NCBI GenBank assembly: GCA_016931455.1
Contig: JAFGES010000065.1
Span: 2,097-66,096, forward strand
Source: Desulfobacterales bacterium
GTDB taxonomy: Bacteria > Desulfobacterota > Desulfobacteria > Desulfobacterales > JAHDSC01
DNA: 64,000 nucleotides
Direction: 5' to 3'
The position numbers and the translations under genes are program-made. Below are positions 36,903 to 45,835 of the stretch, in pieces. Numbering within the stretch: position 1 is the stretch's first letter; each line of letters opens with the position of its first letter. Under the pieces are notes generated by a model. It was not told the DNA's origin and made no database searches. It saw only the letters and a program-made list of their open reading frames with translations.

Positions 36903-36918
36903 GCAATTCATGTGCCAA
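36903..36918 (-). promoter_or_regulatory. Sigma-54 promoter (-24/-12)
   Basis: The minus strand reads TTGGCAC-ATGAA-TTGC, an exact core 66 nt upstream of the MBL ATG. The flanking upstream sequence resembles that of the 34700 promoter. Confidence 0.6.
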
Positions 36919-37028
36919 GATAAGAAAAATGCTTTTGATTGGAACTTATTCTTTACTTAACAAAATAATAGAAATAAATAAATGACGGCGTCGTAAAATG
37001 GAGGGCGGTTTGAAATTAAATCGATAGG

Positions 37029-37259
37029 GTGGGGGAATTGGTCGGCGTTATGAGCGGAAATATAAAAATGGTGAAGGTTGTTTTAGCTGTTTTGATGATA
37101 ACACTGATGACTTGCCCATCTTATGGTTTTGAATTAAAAACCCGTTATACGACAATCATCTATGAAGATTCCAAACAGCTGCATAAGTTCGATGACAAGA
37201 TTTACCTGGGCCGGTTGAAATATCTTTTAAGTACTAAATCCCGAGATTTGTGTTTTTAA
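37029..37259 (+). CDS. Small signal-peptide protein, probably 3'-truncated
   Basis: A hydrophobic leader VKVVLAVLMITLMTCPSYG is present. The ORF ends abruptly next to the frameshifted gene at 37330-38758. Confidence 0.3.
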   Translation: MGELVGVMSGNIKMVKVVLAVLMITLMTCPSYGFELKTRYTTIIYEDSKQLHKFDDKIYLGRLKYLLSTKSRDLCF

Positions 37260-37329
37260 TGTCAAAAATAATAATATCGGTTCTAAGCAAGGCTTGCCAA
37301 TTGAGGGATGATATAGAGTTCTTTAAGTT

Positions 37330-38758
37330 TCAACCCATGGTGATTACCTGGCTACCCAACCGAGTCAGATAGTATTTATATGTGTTTGAAACCTTTTTGA
37401 TCAAACCGTGCGTGCGGAGCCGTTTCAAAATTCTTGAGATTTGACTTGTGTTTTTATCATGGATTTTTTCTCGCAGATGCTTGTTTTGAAATCCACTGAC
37501 AGTGAATTCACCAGATGCGATTGATAAAAAGACTTTCTGATCATAGCTGTCAAAGAAATTGAAGCCTTTATAGGGGCGGTGATTTTTCACGATAGTAGTG
37601 GTTACTTTTTCTAGTTTTTTAACGCCGACACTCGGATCTGTTAGGTCCGAGATAAATTGCAAATCCCGGCGATTCGAATCAAAAAGAGGTTTCTGCAATG
37701 GCCCGATACTGTATAGCCCTTTTTTCATCGGGGCCAACTTTTTTGAATTGGTTCCGTTGCGATGTTCTACCGTTCGGTAGTTTTTGAAAAAAGAAACATC
37801 ATGGGCCGTTGTCTCAATACGAAGAATAAAACCGAACTTGTCATACATTTTAATGGAGGCTTTTCCCATGGTATGTTTGATTCGGGTTCCTTCGATTCTT
37901 GTTGAAAACGTGTTGCCCATTTCGTCCTGATAATTCGGGTGAAGCTTACGTCCCAGAAAAGTGGCGATATTTTCTGCTTTTATGCAGTGAATAGCGGTTC
38001 GTGTAAGGTGATCATAAATATTTTGCAGATCTTGTCTGCGTTTAAAAATGATGTCCGTTGCATATTCAATCTGCATAATACTCCAGTGATATTGCTGTTT
38101 GAAGTGGCTGATGACCGGGCAGTAAGCTCGGGCAAACGCATCTAACTTATCATGAAGCAACTTAATTGGAATATCGTCACTGAGTTGTTGTGCCTTTGTA
38201 AAAGAATCGCTTCCGATGATGGCATTGTCCAACAAGCTGCATTGGATACCTTTTTGTTCGAGTAAGGCTGCTAGTTGATTGTGACCATTGAAATAAATTT
38301 GTAATCGGAAAGGACACCATGTGGGAACCCTGACATAGCACAGACCCAGCTGTGGATCGATAAAATAAAAATAATAGTGTAAACACTTGCCCTGAACTGA
38401 TTTGAGATATGTTTTTCCCGTTTTCTTGTTGTGCCAGGGCTTGTATGAGGGGCATGCTTCCATCGCTGAAAAAATGTGAACCAGCCCGGGTTGGCAGCCA
38501 CGTTGATCCAATATTTTTTTGATGATGGTTTCTTTGCGAATATTTCTTTTTTGCAGGAATTGGATTTGTAGCCCATTGCATTGGGCTATCTTTTCAGCAT
38601 TGTTTCTGATTTCATTTTTGAAGGGTTCAGTTAAAGTACAAATAGCTGGTCATGCCATCGGCATAGCACAGACCCGGGAGGGTACCCTGGATAACGATAC
38701 GATCGTAACAATGCAAAATACCCGATATTTGATTTGAATACCTTTCGGTAAGTAACAT
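37330..38758 (-). pseudogene. Conserved hypothetical protein with C-terminal MarR-like wHTH, frameshifted near the N-terminus
   Basis: MLLTERYSNQISGILHCYDRIVIQGTLPGLCYADGMTSYLYFN* (from 38758) continues in another frame as TEPFKNEIRNNAEKIAQCNGLQIQFLQK...DQRGCQPGLVHIF, which leads into the 393-aa ORF. The C-terminus reads ISRILKRLRTHGLIKKV. Confidence 0.55.
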
Positions 38759-38863
38759 TTTTGAATCTCCCCTTTAGAAGAATTCGTTTGGGGAAATAAT
38801 AGCGTAATATTTGTTTGATGGAAACCCTGTTTGGTTCTGGCTTTGCCAGGTTAGGAGACCCTT

Positions 38864-39172
38864 ATGAAAGATAATAAACTCTCCCCTATACATCCGGGTG
38901 AGATTCTGATGGAAGAATTTTTAAAGCCGATGGGCATCAGTCAGTATCGACTGGCCAAGGACATAAGTGTGTCGCCCAGACGAATTAATGAAATTGTACA
39001 TGGAAAAAGAGCCATTACCGCAGATACAGCCCTGAGATTAGGGCGGTTTTTTGATATGTCCCCTCAATTTTGGCTTAATCTCCAAACCCGTTACGATCTT
39101 GAAGTCACAGAAGATTCGCTTGCAAATCGTCTGGATCAAGAAGTACACTGTTACACTTCAAGTGCCGCTTAA
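38864..39172 (+). CDS. higA: HigA-family antitoxin (XRE HTH)
   Basis: IHPGEILMEEFLKPMGISQYRLAKDISVSPRRINEIVHGKRAITADTALRLGRFF is a typical HigA sequence. No higB ORF lies upstream. Confidence 0.8.
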   Translation: MKDNKLSPIHPGEILMEEFLKPMGISQYRLAKDISVSPRRINEIVHGKRAITADTALRLGRFFDMSPQFWLNLQTRYDLEVTEDSLANRLDQEVHCYTSSAA

Positions 39173-39367
39173 ATTATTTTTGAGTTTATGAGCACGACTA
39201 TCGAACTATCTGGGGGGCAAACCTTTCCCAAAGTGCATCGGAATAGACGGAATTTCCGGGAAATCAGAAAACATCTAAATTTTATTTTGAAATTCCACAT
39301 AGGCTGGAAAGGGGAGATGTGGTGGTGATTCCCTGAGAGCTTACATGATAACCAAAGGGCCGGGCGT

Positions 39368-40555
39368 TCAGTCCGAATCTTTCGCCATATTGAAAAGATG
39401 ATTCAGGTGATCAAAGGGAACAATTGAAACATCCGTTCTTTGCTGTACTTTATCACCGCCGTAAACAATGCCGCTGCCCTTGGGAATATGATCCGGAAAT
39501 AACTTAACAAAATGGTTCAGCCCCTTGAAATAGTTTCGGGTTATCGTCATGCCTGCTTTGATTTCAATGGGAAAAATATCAGATCCGCTGACCAGCAGCA
39601 GATCAACCTCGTTTCCCTTGCTGTCCCGATAAAAGTAGAGATTGCTTCTTTTTCCTTGATTAAATCTGAATTTAAGGGCTTCGGAAATTACCAAGTTTTC
39701 AAATAGGCTGCCCCGTAACGGGTCTCTTGAGATTTGGTTTTTATTTTCGATGCCAATCAGGAAGGCGGCTAGCCCGACATCGTAAAAGAACAGTTTGGGT
39801 GACTTGACCAGACGTTTGGAAATGTTTCTGTGAAACGGTTGCAAAAGGAAAATGATATAACTCGCCTCAAGAATAGAGAGCCAGTTTCGAGCTGTTGTGT
39901 GAGAAATTCCGGTATCGTTGGCCAGGGTATTTACATTGAGCAATTGGCCGATACGCCCGGCACATAATTTGATAAAGCGCTGAAAGAGGTTTAAATCTTT
40001 AATTGTGATGAGCTGCCTCAAATCCCTCTCTATATAGGTTTCAAAATAGTCGCCGAGGGCCTGGGTCGGATTGAGTTGTTTGTCCCATATTCGGGGATAA
40101 AATCCATGATAGAGCAGATCGTCAACGTCCGGCAGGGAAAAAGCCGATTGAATTTCCTCCCCGGAAAAAGGGAGTAATTTTATCAGGGCGGTGCGGCCGG
40201 CCAGTGATTGATTGATGGTATGGCTCACTTCAAATTGTTGACTGCCCGTCAGAATAAAAAGGCCTTCCCGCTGATCCTCGTCAATCATCGGCTGCAGATA
40301 GGAGACAAGGTCGGGGGCTCTCTGGATTTCGTCAAATATAGCCCCATCCGGATATTGGGCCAGAAACCCTCTTGGATCATCAATGGCGAATTGACGGGTA
40401 TCCGGTGATTCCAGATTGGAGTAAGGTTTATGGGAGAAGACCTTTCTGCAAAGCGTGGTTTTTCCGCTCTGACGTGGGCCGGTAATGGTAACAACCGGAT
40501 ACTGCCCGGCAAGGATTTGTAATACAGGTTCGATTGTACGGTTAATGAATGGCAT
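39368..40555 (-). CDS. AAA+ ATPase with DUF4143-type C-terminal domain
   Basis: Motifs GPRQSGKTT, DEIQ and LTGSQ...SLAGR. It is a paralogue of the ORF at 97-1320. Confidence 0.8.
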   Translation of the reverse strand: MPFINRTIEPVLQILAGQYPVVTITGPRQSGKTTLCRKVFSHKPYSNLESPDTRQFAIDDPRGFLAQYPDGAIFDEIQRAPDLVSYLQPMIDEDQREGLFILTGSQQFEVSHTINQSLAGRTALIKLLPFSGEEIQSAFSLPDVDDLLYHGFYPRIWDKQLNPTQALGDYFETYIERDLRQLITIKDLNLFQRFIKLCAGRIGQLLNVNTLANDTGISHTTARNWLSILEASYIIFLLQPFHRNISKRLVKSPKLFFYDVGLAAFLIGIENKNQISRDPLRGSLFENLVISEALKFRFNQGKRSNLYFYRDSKGNEVDLLLVSGSDIFPIEIKAGMTITRNYFKGLNHFVKLFPDHIPKGSGIVYGGDKVQQRTDVSIVPFDHLNHLFNMAKDSD

Positions 40556-40613
40556 GAAAAGTATTTACATTAAAATGGTGCAATTTGCAACTTTAACTTT
40601 CATATTACACCGT

Positions 40614-40750
40614 TTGATGGATTTTTCCGAGCCATCCCGCACGGAGAATTCAGGAGTGTGACCTAAAAGGGTCCCGGCTTTGCTGATGTCGGCCGGTGAG
40701 TCGGGGTCGGGCGGCATAAAAAAGTTGACACTAATGCATAAAATGATAAA
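40614..40750. repeat. 137-bp direct repeat, copy 1 (epimerase 3' remnant plus promoter half)
   Basis: About 93 percent identical to 41416-41552, with a 79-nt perfect core. The minus-strand translation PPDPDSPADISKAGTLLGHTPEFSVRDG is a C-terminus of a NAD-dependent epimerase. Confidence 0.85.
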
Positions 40751-40759
40751 TTTATGCAT
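40725..40759 (+). promoter_or_regulatory. Candidate vapBC promoter with 9-bp inverted-repeat operator
   Basis: TTGACA (40725-40730), a 16-nt spacer, then TAAATT. ATGCATAAA (40734-42) and TTTATGCAT (40751-59) form a perfect inverted repeat spanning the -10 element. Confidence 0.4.
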
Positions 40760-40774
40760 AAAAGGAGGCCGATT

Positions 40775-40978
40775 ATGAGAACAACACTTGATTTACCAAA
40801 AGATTTACTGGATGAAGCCATGCGGGCAACTCATATTAAAACCAAAACCCAGGTTATAATAACGGCACTGGAAGAGTTAATCAGAAAATCTAAAATTTCC
40901 GAATTGAAAAAATTTAAAGGCACAGTGGACTTAGACATCGACTTAAATACCATACGAGGTCGTAAATGTCGGTTTTAG
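40775..40978 (+). CDS. vapB: VapB-type antitoxin
   Basis: It starts MRTTLDLPKDLLDEAM, and an AAGGAGG Shine-Dalgarno lies 6 nt upstream. Its 3' end overlaps the vapC ATG. Confidence 0.75.
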   Translation: MRTTLDLPKDLLDEAMRATHIKTKTQVIITALEELIRKSKISELKKFKGTVDLDIDLNTIRGRKCRF

Positions 40979-41346
40979 TGGATACGTCCGTATAGATCGA
41001 ATATTTTAGAAGTAAAAACAATTTTGACCCCCTTGATTTTTTAATTGATGAAAATCTTGTGGTTATAAACGAATTAATCCTTGCAGAGCTAATACCGTTT
41101 TTGAAAATTAAAAATCAAAGAAGGATAATTGAATTACTCTATAATATTAATCGATTAGAGTTGAATATCAAATGGGATAAAATAATTGAATACCAATTTA
41201 AGTGTTTGAAAAATGGTCTAAGTGGGATTGGTATTCCCTATCTGATACTTGCTCAAAATGCGAAACAAAATCATTGCGAAATCTATTCCCTTGATAATCA
41301 TTTCAAATTGTTGAAAAATATTATCAATATCGAGTTAGTCGAATAA
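40966..41346 (+). pseudogene. vapC: PIN-domain VapC toxin with amber stop at codon 10
   Basis: The translation reads MSVLVDTSV-TAG-IEYFR, where the family has W (VWIEYFR). The rest of the reading frame is open to 41346. Confidence 0.7.
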
Positions 41347-41415
41347 ATTAGTTGTTGGTTATTTGTTATCAGTTACTTGTTATTAGTTATTGGTTTTGAA
41401 AAGTTGATATGCCAC

Positions 41416-41552
41416 TTGATGGATGTTTTCATGCCATCCCGCACGGAGAATTCAGGAGTGTGACCTAAAAGGGTCCCGGCTTTGCTGATGTCGGCCGGTG
41501 AGTCGGGGTCGGTCGGCATAAAAAAGTTGATTCTACTGCATAAAATGATAAA
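41416..41552. repeat. 137-bp direct repeat, copy 2
   Basis: See copy 1. The minus-strand translation is MPTDPDSPADISKAGTLLGHTPEFSVRDGMKTSIKWH. Confidence 0.85.
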
Positions 41553-41639
41553 CTAATTATTACGGAATGAGGCGCAACGCAGAGATTGGACCTTTTTGCG
41601 CCGCCGTCATATTGGAGTTTATAACCCAGGAATACTCTC

Positions 41640-42026
41640 ATGGCCGTATCTGTTGAAAAGGTTGACATAATTTCCGATCAAAGAGGCTATGTCCTTGAAC
41701 CCCTTGACTCCGCGTCACTTATGTCCCGGCAAAACTTGCATCTGGTGGTTACCTTACCCGGAGCTGTTCGCGGTAATCACTATCATCAAAAGGGAACGGA
41801 AACCATTACGGTCATGGGGCGGGCGTTGGTCCGTTTTCGAGAGGGTGACACACTTCAGGATATAACGGTCCCGCATGATCAGGCCTATCAATTCGTATTT
41901 CCGCCTGGAGTAGCGCATGCAATACAAAATACCGGCAAGCAGTCTATAATATTAATCGCCTTTAATACCCAAAAACATGATCGTGAACACCCGGATATTG
42001 TTAGGGATATATTGATCACTGCTTGA
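41640..42026 (+). CDS. Cupin-fold protein (sugar epimerase/isomerase-like)
   Basis: 128 aa with the motifs RGNHYH and GVAHAIQNTG in the arrangement typical of small sugar-nucleotide cupins. Confidence 0.6.
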   Translation: MAVSVEKVDIISDQRGYVLEPLDSASLMSRQNLHLVVTLPGAVRGNHYHQKGTETITVMGRALVRFREGDTLQDITVPHDQAYQFVFPPGVAHAIQNTGKQSIILIAFNTQKHDREHPDIVRDILITA

Positions 42027-42103
42027 ATTGCATGAAAAGATATAAAATGAACTGTGGGTTTCATATTCGCAAGGCAAACCCATTGGAAAAACATTAAATA
42101 TAT

Positions 42104-42766
42104 TTGCGGTTGATGGACATGAATGACCCAACCATTCGGCAACAGAAGTTGCCTGATGAAATCCTTGAATCTGAGAAGACACGTTCAGAATTTCTTCGTT
42201 GGAAACTCGTTCTATGTGCGGCACTAGGTGCTGCAGGATTAGGGATCACAAGCGGCTCGGCCGTTGCCCCTCCTATAGGGCTGCTGTGCTTAATTCCCTT
42301 GGCGTGTGCCTATGTCGATCTGCTCTGTACCAACCTCAACCTGAGAATTATTCTTATCGGACGCCATTTTTCAGATCAGTGCGATCCGTATGAATCCTTT
42401 GTCGGGAAATACAGAATTGTGTTCTGTCTCGAGGACTGGGCGCTCTACGGCTCCACCTATGTTATTTCAGGTCTGCTGATTTTATTGGCTATAGCCCGAC
42501 TCCTACAGGCGGCTTTCCGGCAAAGCAGTTTCGTCGGGCTGGAATGTTTTCAGTGTATTGCGATCCTGCTGACATCCGTGGTCGCAATTATTCTAACCCG
42601 ATGGATGCAACAGGCATACGATATACTCAATAAACTCGAGGTGCATGACAAGAAGTTCGACGTTTATAAACATTTCATAGGTCTACTCTCTAAACGGAGC
42701 AAGCTTTTCAAATTGTTTGCCGAGTTTTTTAAAATTGGAGCTTCCGGTGCTGACCATTCACAATGA
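42104..42766 (+). CDS. Hypothetical membrane protein
   Basis: 220-aa ORF with 4-5 hydrophobic segments. No family was recognised. Confidence 0.5.
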   Translation: MRLMDMNDPTIRQQKLPDEILESEKTRSEFLRWKLVLCAALGAAGLGITSGSAVAPPIGLLCLIPLACAYVDLLCTNLNLRIILIGRHFSDQCDPYESFVGKYRIVFCLEDWALYGSTYVISGLLILLAIARLLQAAFRQSSFVGLECFQCIAILLTSVVAIILTRWMQQAYDILNKLEVHDKKFDVYKHFIGLLSKRSKLFKLFAEFFKIGASGADHSQ

Positions 42767-44054
42767 AACATTATTAGGTTTTCTTAGACCCTTGTATCGA
42801 CGTGATGACATTGACCGCTTGCTCTCGTTTCTTGAAGAAAGGGGCACGTTTAATTTCCACTGCTTGGAAAACGGGCTGTTTCCGGCAGCTTCTTCAGCTT
42901 CCGACCAGGACGCCTCCGGCTACCAGTATGTTTGGGTGCGGGACAACGTTCACATTGCTCATGCGCACTATGTGTGGGGCGATGCACGCTCGGCATCTCG
43001 AACGGCAAATTCACTGATGGCTTTTTTTCAAAGCCGGCGGTACCAAATGCAGCAGATCATCGCGTGCCCGGCAAAGGCCGCCGATCCGATGAATCGACCC
43101 CACGTCCGTTTTGACGGTAAACAGATCAAGGAACTTTCCCAAAAGTGGCCGCATGCCCAAAACGACGCGCTTGGGTATTTTCTATGGTTTTTCTGCAAAT
43201 TGGCAAAAGAGCGTCTCGTACCTTTCGGAGAACCCGAGCAGCAGTGTCTGGCCGACCTGGTATTGTATCTGCGGGCCATTCGGTACTGGGCTGATCAAGA
43301 TAGCGGTCACTGGGAAGAGGCCCGCAAGCTATCCGCCTCCTCAATCGGTACGGTCATTGCCGGGCTTCGCGAGTTCCGTGCGTTAAGAGCCGTTTATGAT
43401 TTGTGGCCCAGATCGATGCAGCGAACAGACGGCCTTGATGACGGCTGCGTTGCCGAACTGCTTGCACAGGGCGAGGCCGCGTTGAAAAATATCTTGCCGT
43501 ATGAGAGCCTCGGTTCGGCAGACTCCGGTCAAAGGCGATACGATGCCGCGCTTTTGTTTTTGATATACCCCTTGCAAGTGGTTTCAAATGAACTTGCAGC
43601 GCAGATTCTCCAAGATGTCCAAACCAAACTGGAAGGTGCCCTCGGTGTCCGGAGATACCTGAATGATTCGTATTGGTGCGCCGACTACCCCAGTCTGTTT
43701 ACTGAAAATGAACGTACCGGAGATTTCAGCGAAAAGATGCAGTTGCGCGACGCTCATATTCGACCCGGCGAGGAGGCGCAATGGTGCATATTCGACCCGA
43801 TCATCTCATGTATTTACGGTTTGCGTGCTTTGGAACAGCCAGGACAATCCGAATGGCGCGTTCTTCAAGCCCACTATCTGAATCGCGCACTCGGACAACT
43901 TACAGCGGGCGAAGGTGCAATGATGCCCTTTTTATGTCCCGAAGCCTATTTCCTGCAGAAAGGACATTACATTCCCAACGAGCATACGCCGCTTCAGTGG
44001 ACTCAGGCAAATCTCAGGATGGCGTTGTATTGGTTGAGTGTTACCGCGTCATGA
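42717..44054 (+). CDS. Glycoside hydrolase family 15 (glucoamylase/phosphorylase-kinase-like) protein
   Basis: The motifs YQYVWVRDN, QNDALGYFLW and DSGHWEE fit the GH15 (alpha/alpha)6 catalytic domain. The start is uncertain because of a 50-nt overlap upstream. Confidence 0.75.
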   Translation: MPSFLKLELPVLTIHNETLLGFLRPLYRRDDIDRLLSFLEERGTFNFHCLENGLFPAASSASDQDASGYQYVWVRDNVHIAHAHYVWGDARSASRTANSLMAFFQSRRYQMQQIIACPAKAADPMNRPHVRFDGKQIKELSQKWPHAQNDALGYFLWFFCKLAKERLVPFGEPEQQCLADLVLYLRAIRYWADQDSGHWEEARKLSASSIGTVIAGLREFRALRAVYDLWPRSMQRTDGLDDGCVAELLAQGEAALKNILPYESLGSADSGQRRYDAALLFLIYPLQVVSNELAAQILQDVQTKLEGALGVRRYLNDSYWCADYPSLFTENERTGDFSEKMQLRDAHIRPGEEAQWCIFDPIISCIYGLRALEQPGQSEWRVLQAHYLNRALGQLTAGEGAMMPFLCPEAYFLQKGHYIPNEHTPLQWTQANLRMALYWLSVTAS

Positions 44055-44057
44055 TTT
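43848..44057. repeat. 210-bp direct repeat, copy A (functional 3' end of the GH15 gene)
   Basis: By eye it is roughly 85-90 percent identical to 45050-45259. Confidence 0.8.
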
Positions 44058-44214
44058 AGGAATACAGGACGTTCAATACTTCAAAATAACCATCGCTGCT
44101 TACTCCGACTACGCCCCAGGCACCAAGATTCGCAACAGCGCGGCCTCCCCGTGAACGCTAAGCTAATCGGCGCAAAATAACAGAAGAAAAATGATAAGAA
44201 GTATTTATTTAAAT

Positions 44215-44817
44215 TTAATAAATTAGCCATAAGGGTGGTAGAAACCCAATTTCTCTAATCCCTTCAATTATCTCAATTATACCAACGAGCCATATAAACC
44301 ATAATGCGCTGAAGATATGACGCCTATAAATTACAGGATTTACATTGTAATTTTTAGGTTCAGCAAGAAGTGAAAGTTTTGGAAAAAATGTTGGTGCTTT
44401 TTTTGTGTATTCTTCAAAATATGATCCAAAAAGCTGTTTTAGGCGTTTTTCCTCACTTTTGATAACATACGGATAATAAAATGCAAAAAGGATAATGAAA
44501 ACAATTGGAAATGTAAAGGTTTCAGTCGAACAACCGATTCCGATAACTCCTATTGAACTAAAAAAATATAAAGGATTTCGGCAGATAGAGTAAGGGCCTT
44601 CTGTAACTAATTTCTTATCTTTATAACCGGCAATATACATTGAACACCACATTCTCCCTAATGAAGCAATTGCTACAAGAATTACGCCGATAAAAAATAA
44701 ACAAAAAGTAATATATTCATGTGTTGTTTCCCAGTAACTTTTTGTGGTGAATAAAAAAAACAAAAAAATCGTTGCCGAAATGCGTGATAAAATTATTCGA
44801 TATTTCTCAAATTTCAA
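44215..44817 (-). CDS. ICMT/phospholipid-methyltransferase-family membrane methyltransferase
   Basis: 200 aa and multi-TM, with the motifs GPYSICRNPLYFFSSIG and EEKRLKQLFGSYFEEY. It is markedly more AT-rich than its flanks. Confidence 0.75.
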   Translation of the reverse strand: MKFEKYRIILSRISATIFLFFLFTTKSYWETTHEYITFCLFFIGVILVAIASLGRMWCSMYIAGYKDKKLVTEGPYSICRNPLYFFSSIGVIGIGCSTETFTFPIVFIILFAFYYPYVIKSEEKRLKQLFGSYFEEYTKKAPTFFPKLSLLAEPKNYNVNPVIYRRHIFSALWFIWLVGIIEIIEGIREIGFLPPLWLIY

Positions 44818-45049
44818 TTTAACTTTCTCCTTTATAATATGGAAAACTTTTCACCATAAAGCAAGCAATCTAAATAAGTGACCAAAAGGTGACAACTTTA
44901 GATTTTCTTTATGAGATACCGTTTCTTGAATTTGAAGGTTATTTTTGTTTTTTGTATTTTCCATTTGATTATAACGACGCGACTATATGCTATGACGCTC
45001 AGATAATTTGACACACTTTTTCTTAGATAAATTTCACAGCGACTGCGGT

Positions 45050-45256
45050 TCCGAATGGCGCGTTCTTCAATCTCACTATCTGAATCGCGCACTCGGACAA
45101 CTTACAGCGAGTGAAGATGCAATGAGGCCCTTATTATGCCCTGAAGCCTATTTCCTGGAAAAAGGACACTACGTTCCCAACGAACATATACCGCTTCAGT
45201 GGACTCAGGCAAATCTCAGGATGGCGCTTCATTGGTTAAGGATCACCGCATCATGA
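45050..45256 (+). pseudogene. Detached duplicate of the GH15 3' end (repeat copy B)
   Basis: It encodes SEWRVLQSHYLNRALGQLTASEDAMRPLLCPEAYFLEKGHYVPNEHIPLQWTQANLRMALHWLRITAS*. This matches the last 68 residues of the GH15 ORF with about 10 substitutions. Confidence 0.7.
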
Positions 45257-45540
45257 TTCAGTGAGGCTTTTAAGAAAAGCTGAAAATAATTAAAACCGAT
45301 CGGAGTAGATGTAAAATATGGCTTCATCCGTCAGCAACAGGATATATTGGATCGGTCATCGTGTGCGGTGAAGCGGCGTCAAAAGCAGTTTTCACCAACC
45401 AAAAAAGAGCAGCGGGATGCGGTCCTGTGGTATGAGTTGGAATGTTGGAATAATAAAAAAGCGGCTTAACCTTGACTTCGCTATTTTGTTGCGAGATCAC
45501 GGGGAACTCCATCTTCTCTATCAGCACGGTTGCCACTCAG

Positions 45541-45831
45541 CTATACTCTTCTTTGCCATTGCTTCGGGTTACGTTTAACATGAAATACTGCCAAAATGAT
45601 TATTTCTTCAACATTTTCTTCGTAGTACAGAATATAGGGAAATTTTTTAACCAAAGATTTTCTTGCATTTTTTATAGTAATTGGAAACATCTTTGGATTT
45701 CTTTTAATCCTTTCAATCGCTTCATCAATACAAAGTACAAATTCTAAATCAAGGCCATCTTTTTGTTTTTTATACCACTGAACTGCTTCATAGAATTCAA
45801 ATTCTGCTTCGGGTAGGAATCGTATTTCCAT
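45541..45831 (-). CDS. RelE/ParE-family toxin
   Basis: 96 aa reading MEIRFLPEAEFEFYEAVQWY...ILAVFHVKRNP. It lies 4 nt downstream of its antitoxin. Confidence 0.8.
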   Translation of the reverse strand: MEIRFLPEAEFEFYEAVQWYKKQKDGLDLEFVLCIDEAIERIKRNPKMFPITIKNARKSLVKKFPYILYYEENVEEIIILAVFHVKRNPKQWQRRV

Positions 45832-45835
45832 GATC

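Noticed and set aside
40614-41552. The 137-bp repeats were considered as integron attC sites or a cassette array.
   Set aside because: No integron integrase or attI is in the window. The repeats lack the imperfect-palindrome attC architecture, and they are readily explained as duplicated epimerase 3'-end coding sequence plus promoter.
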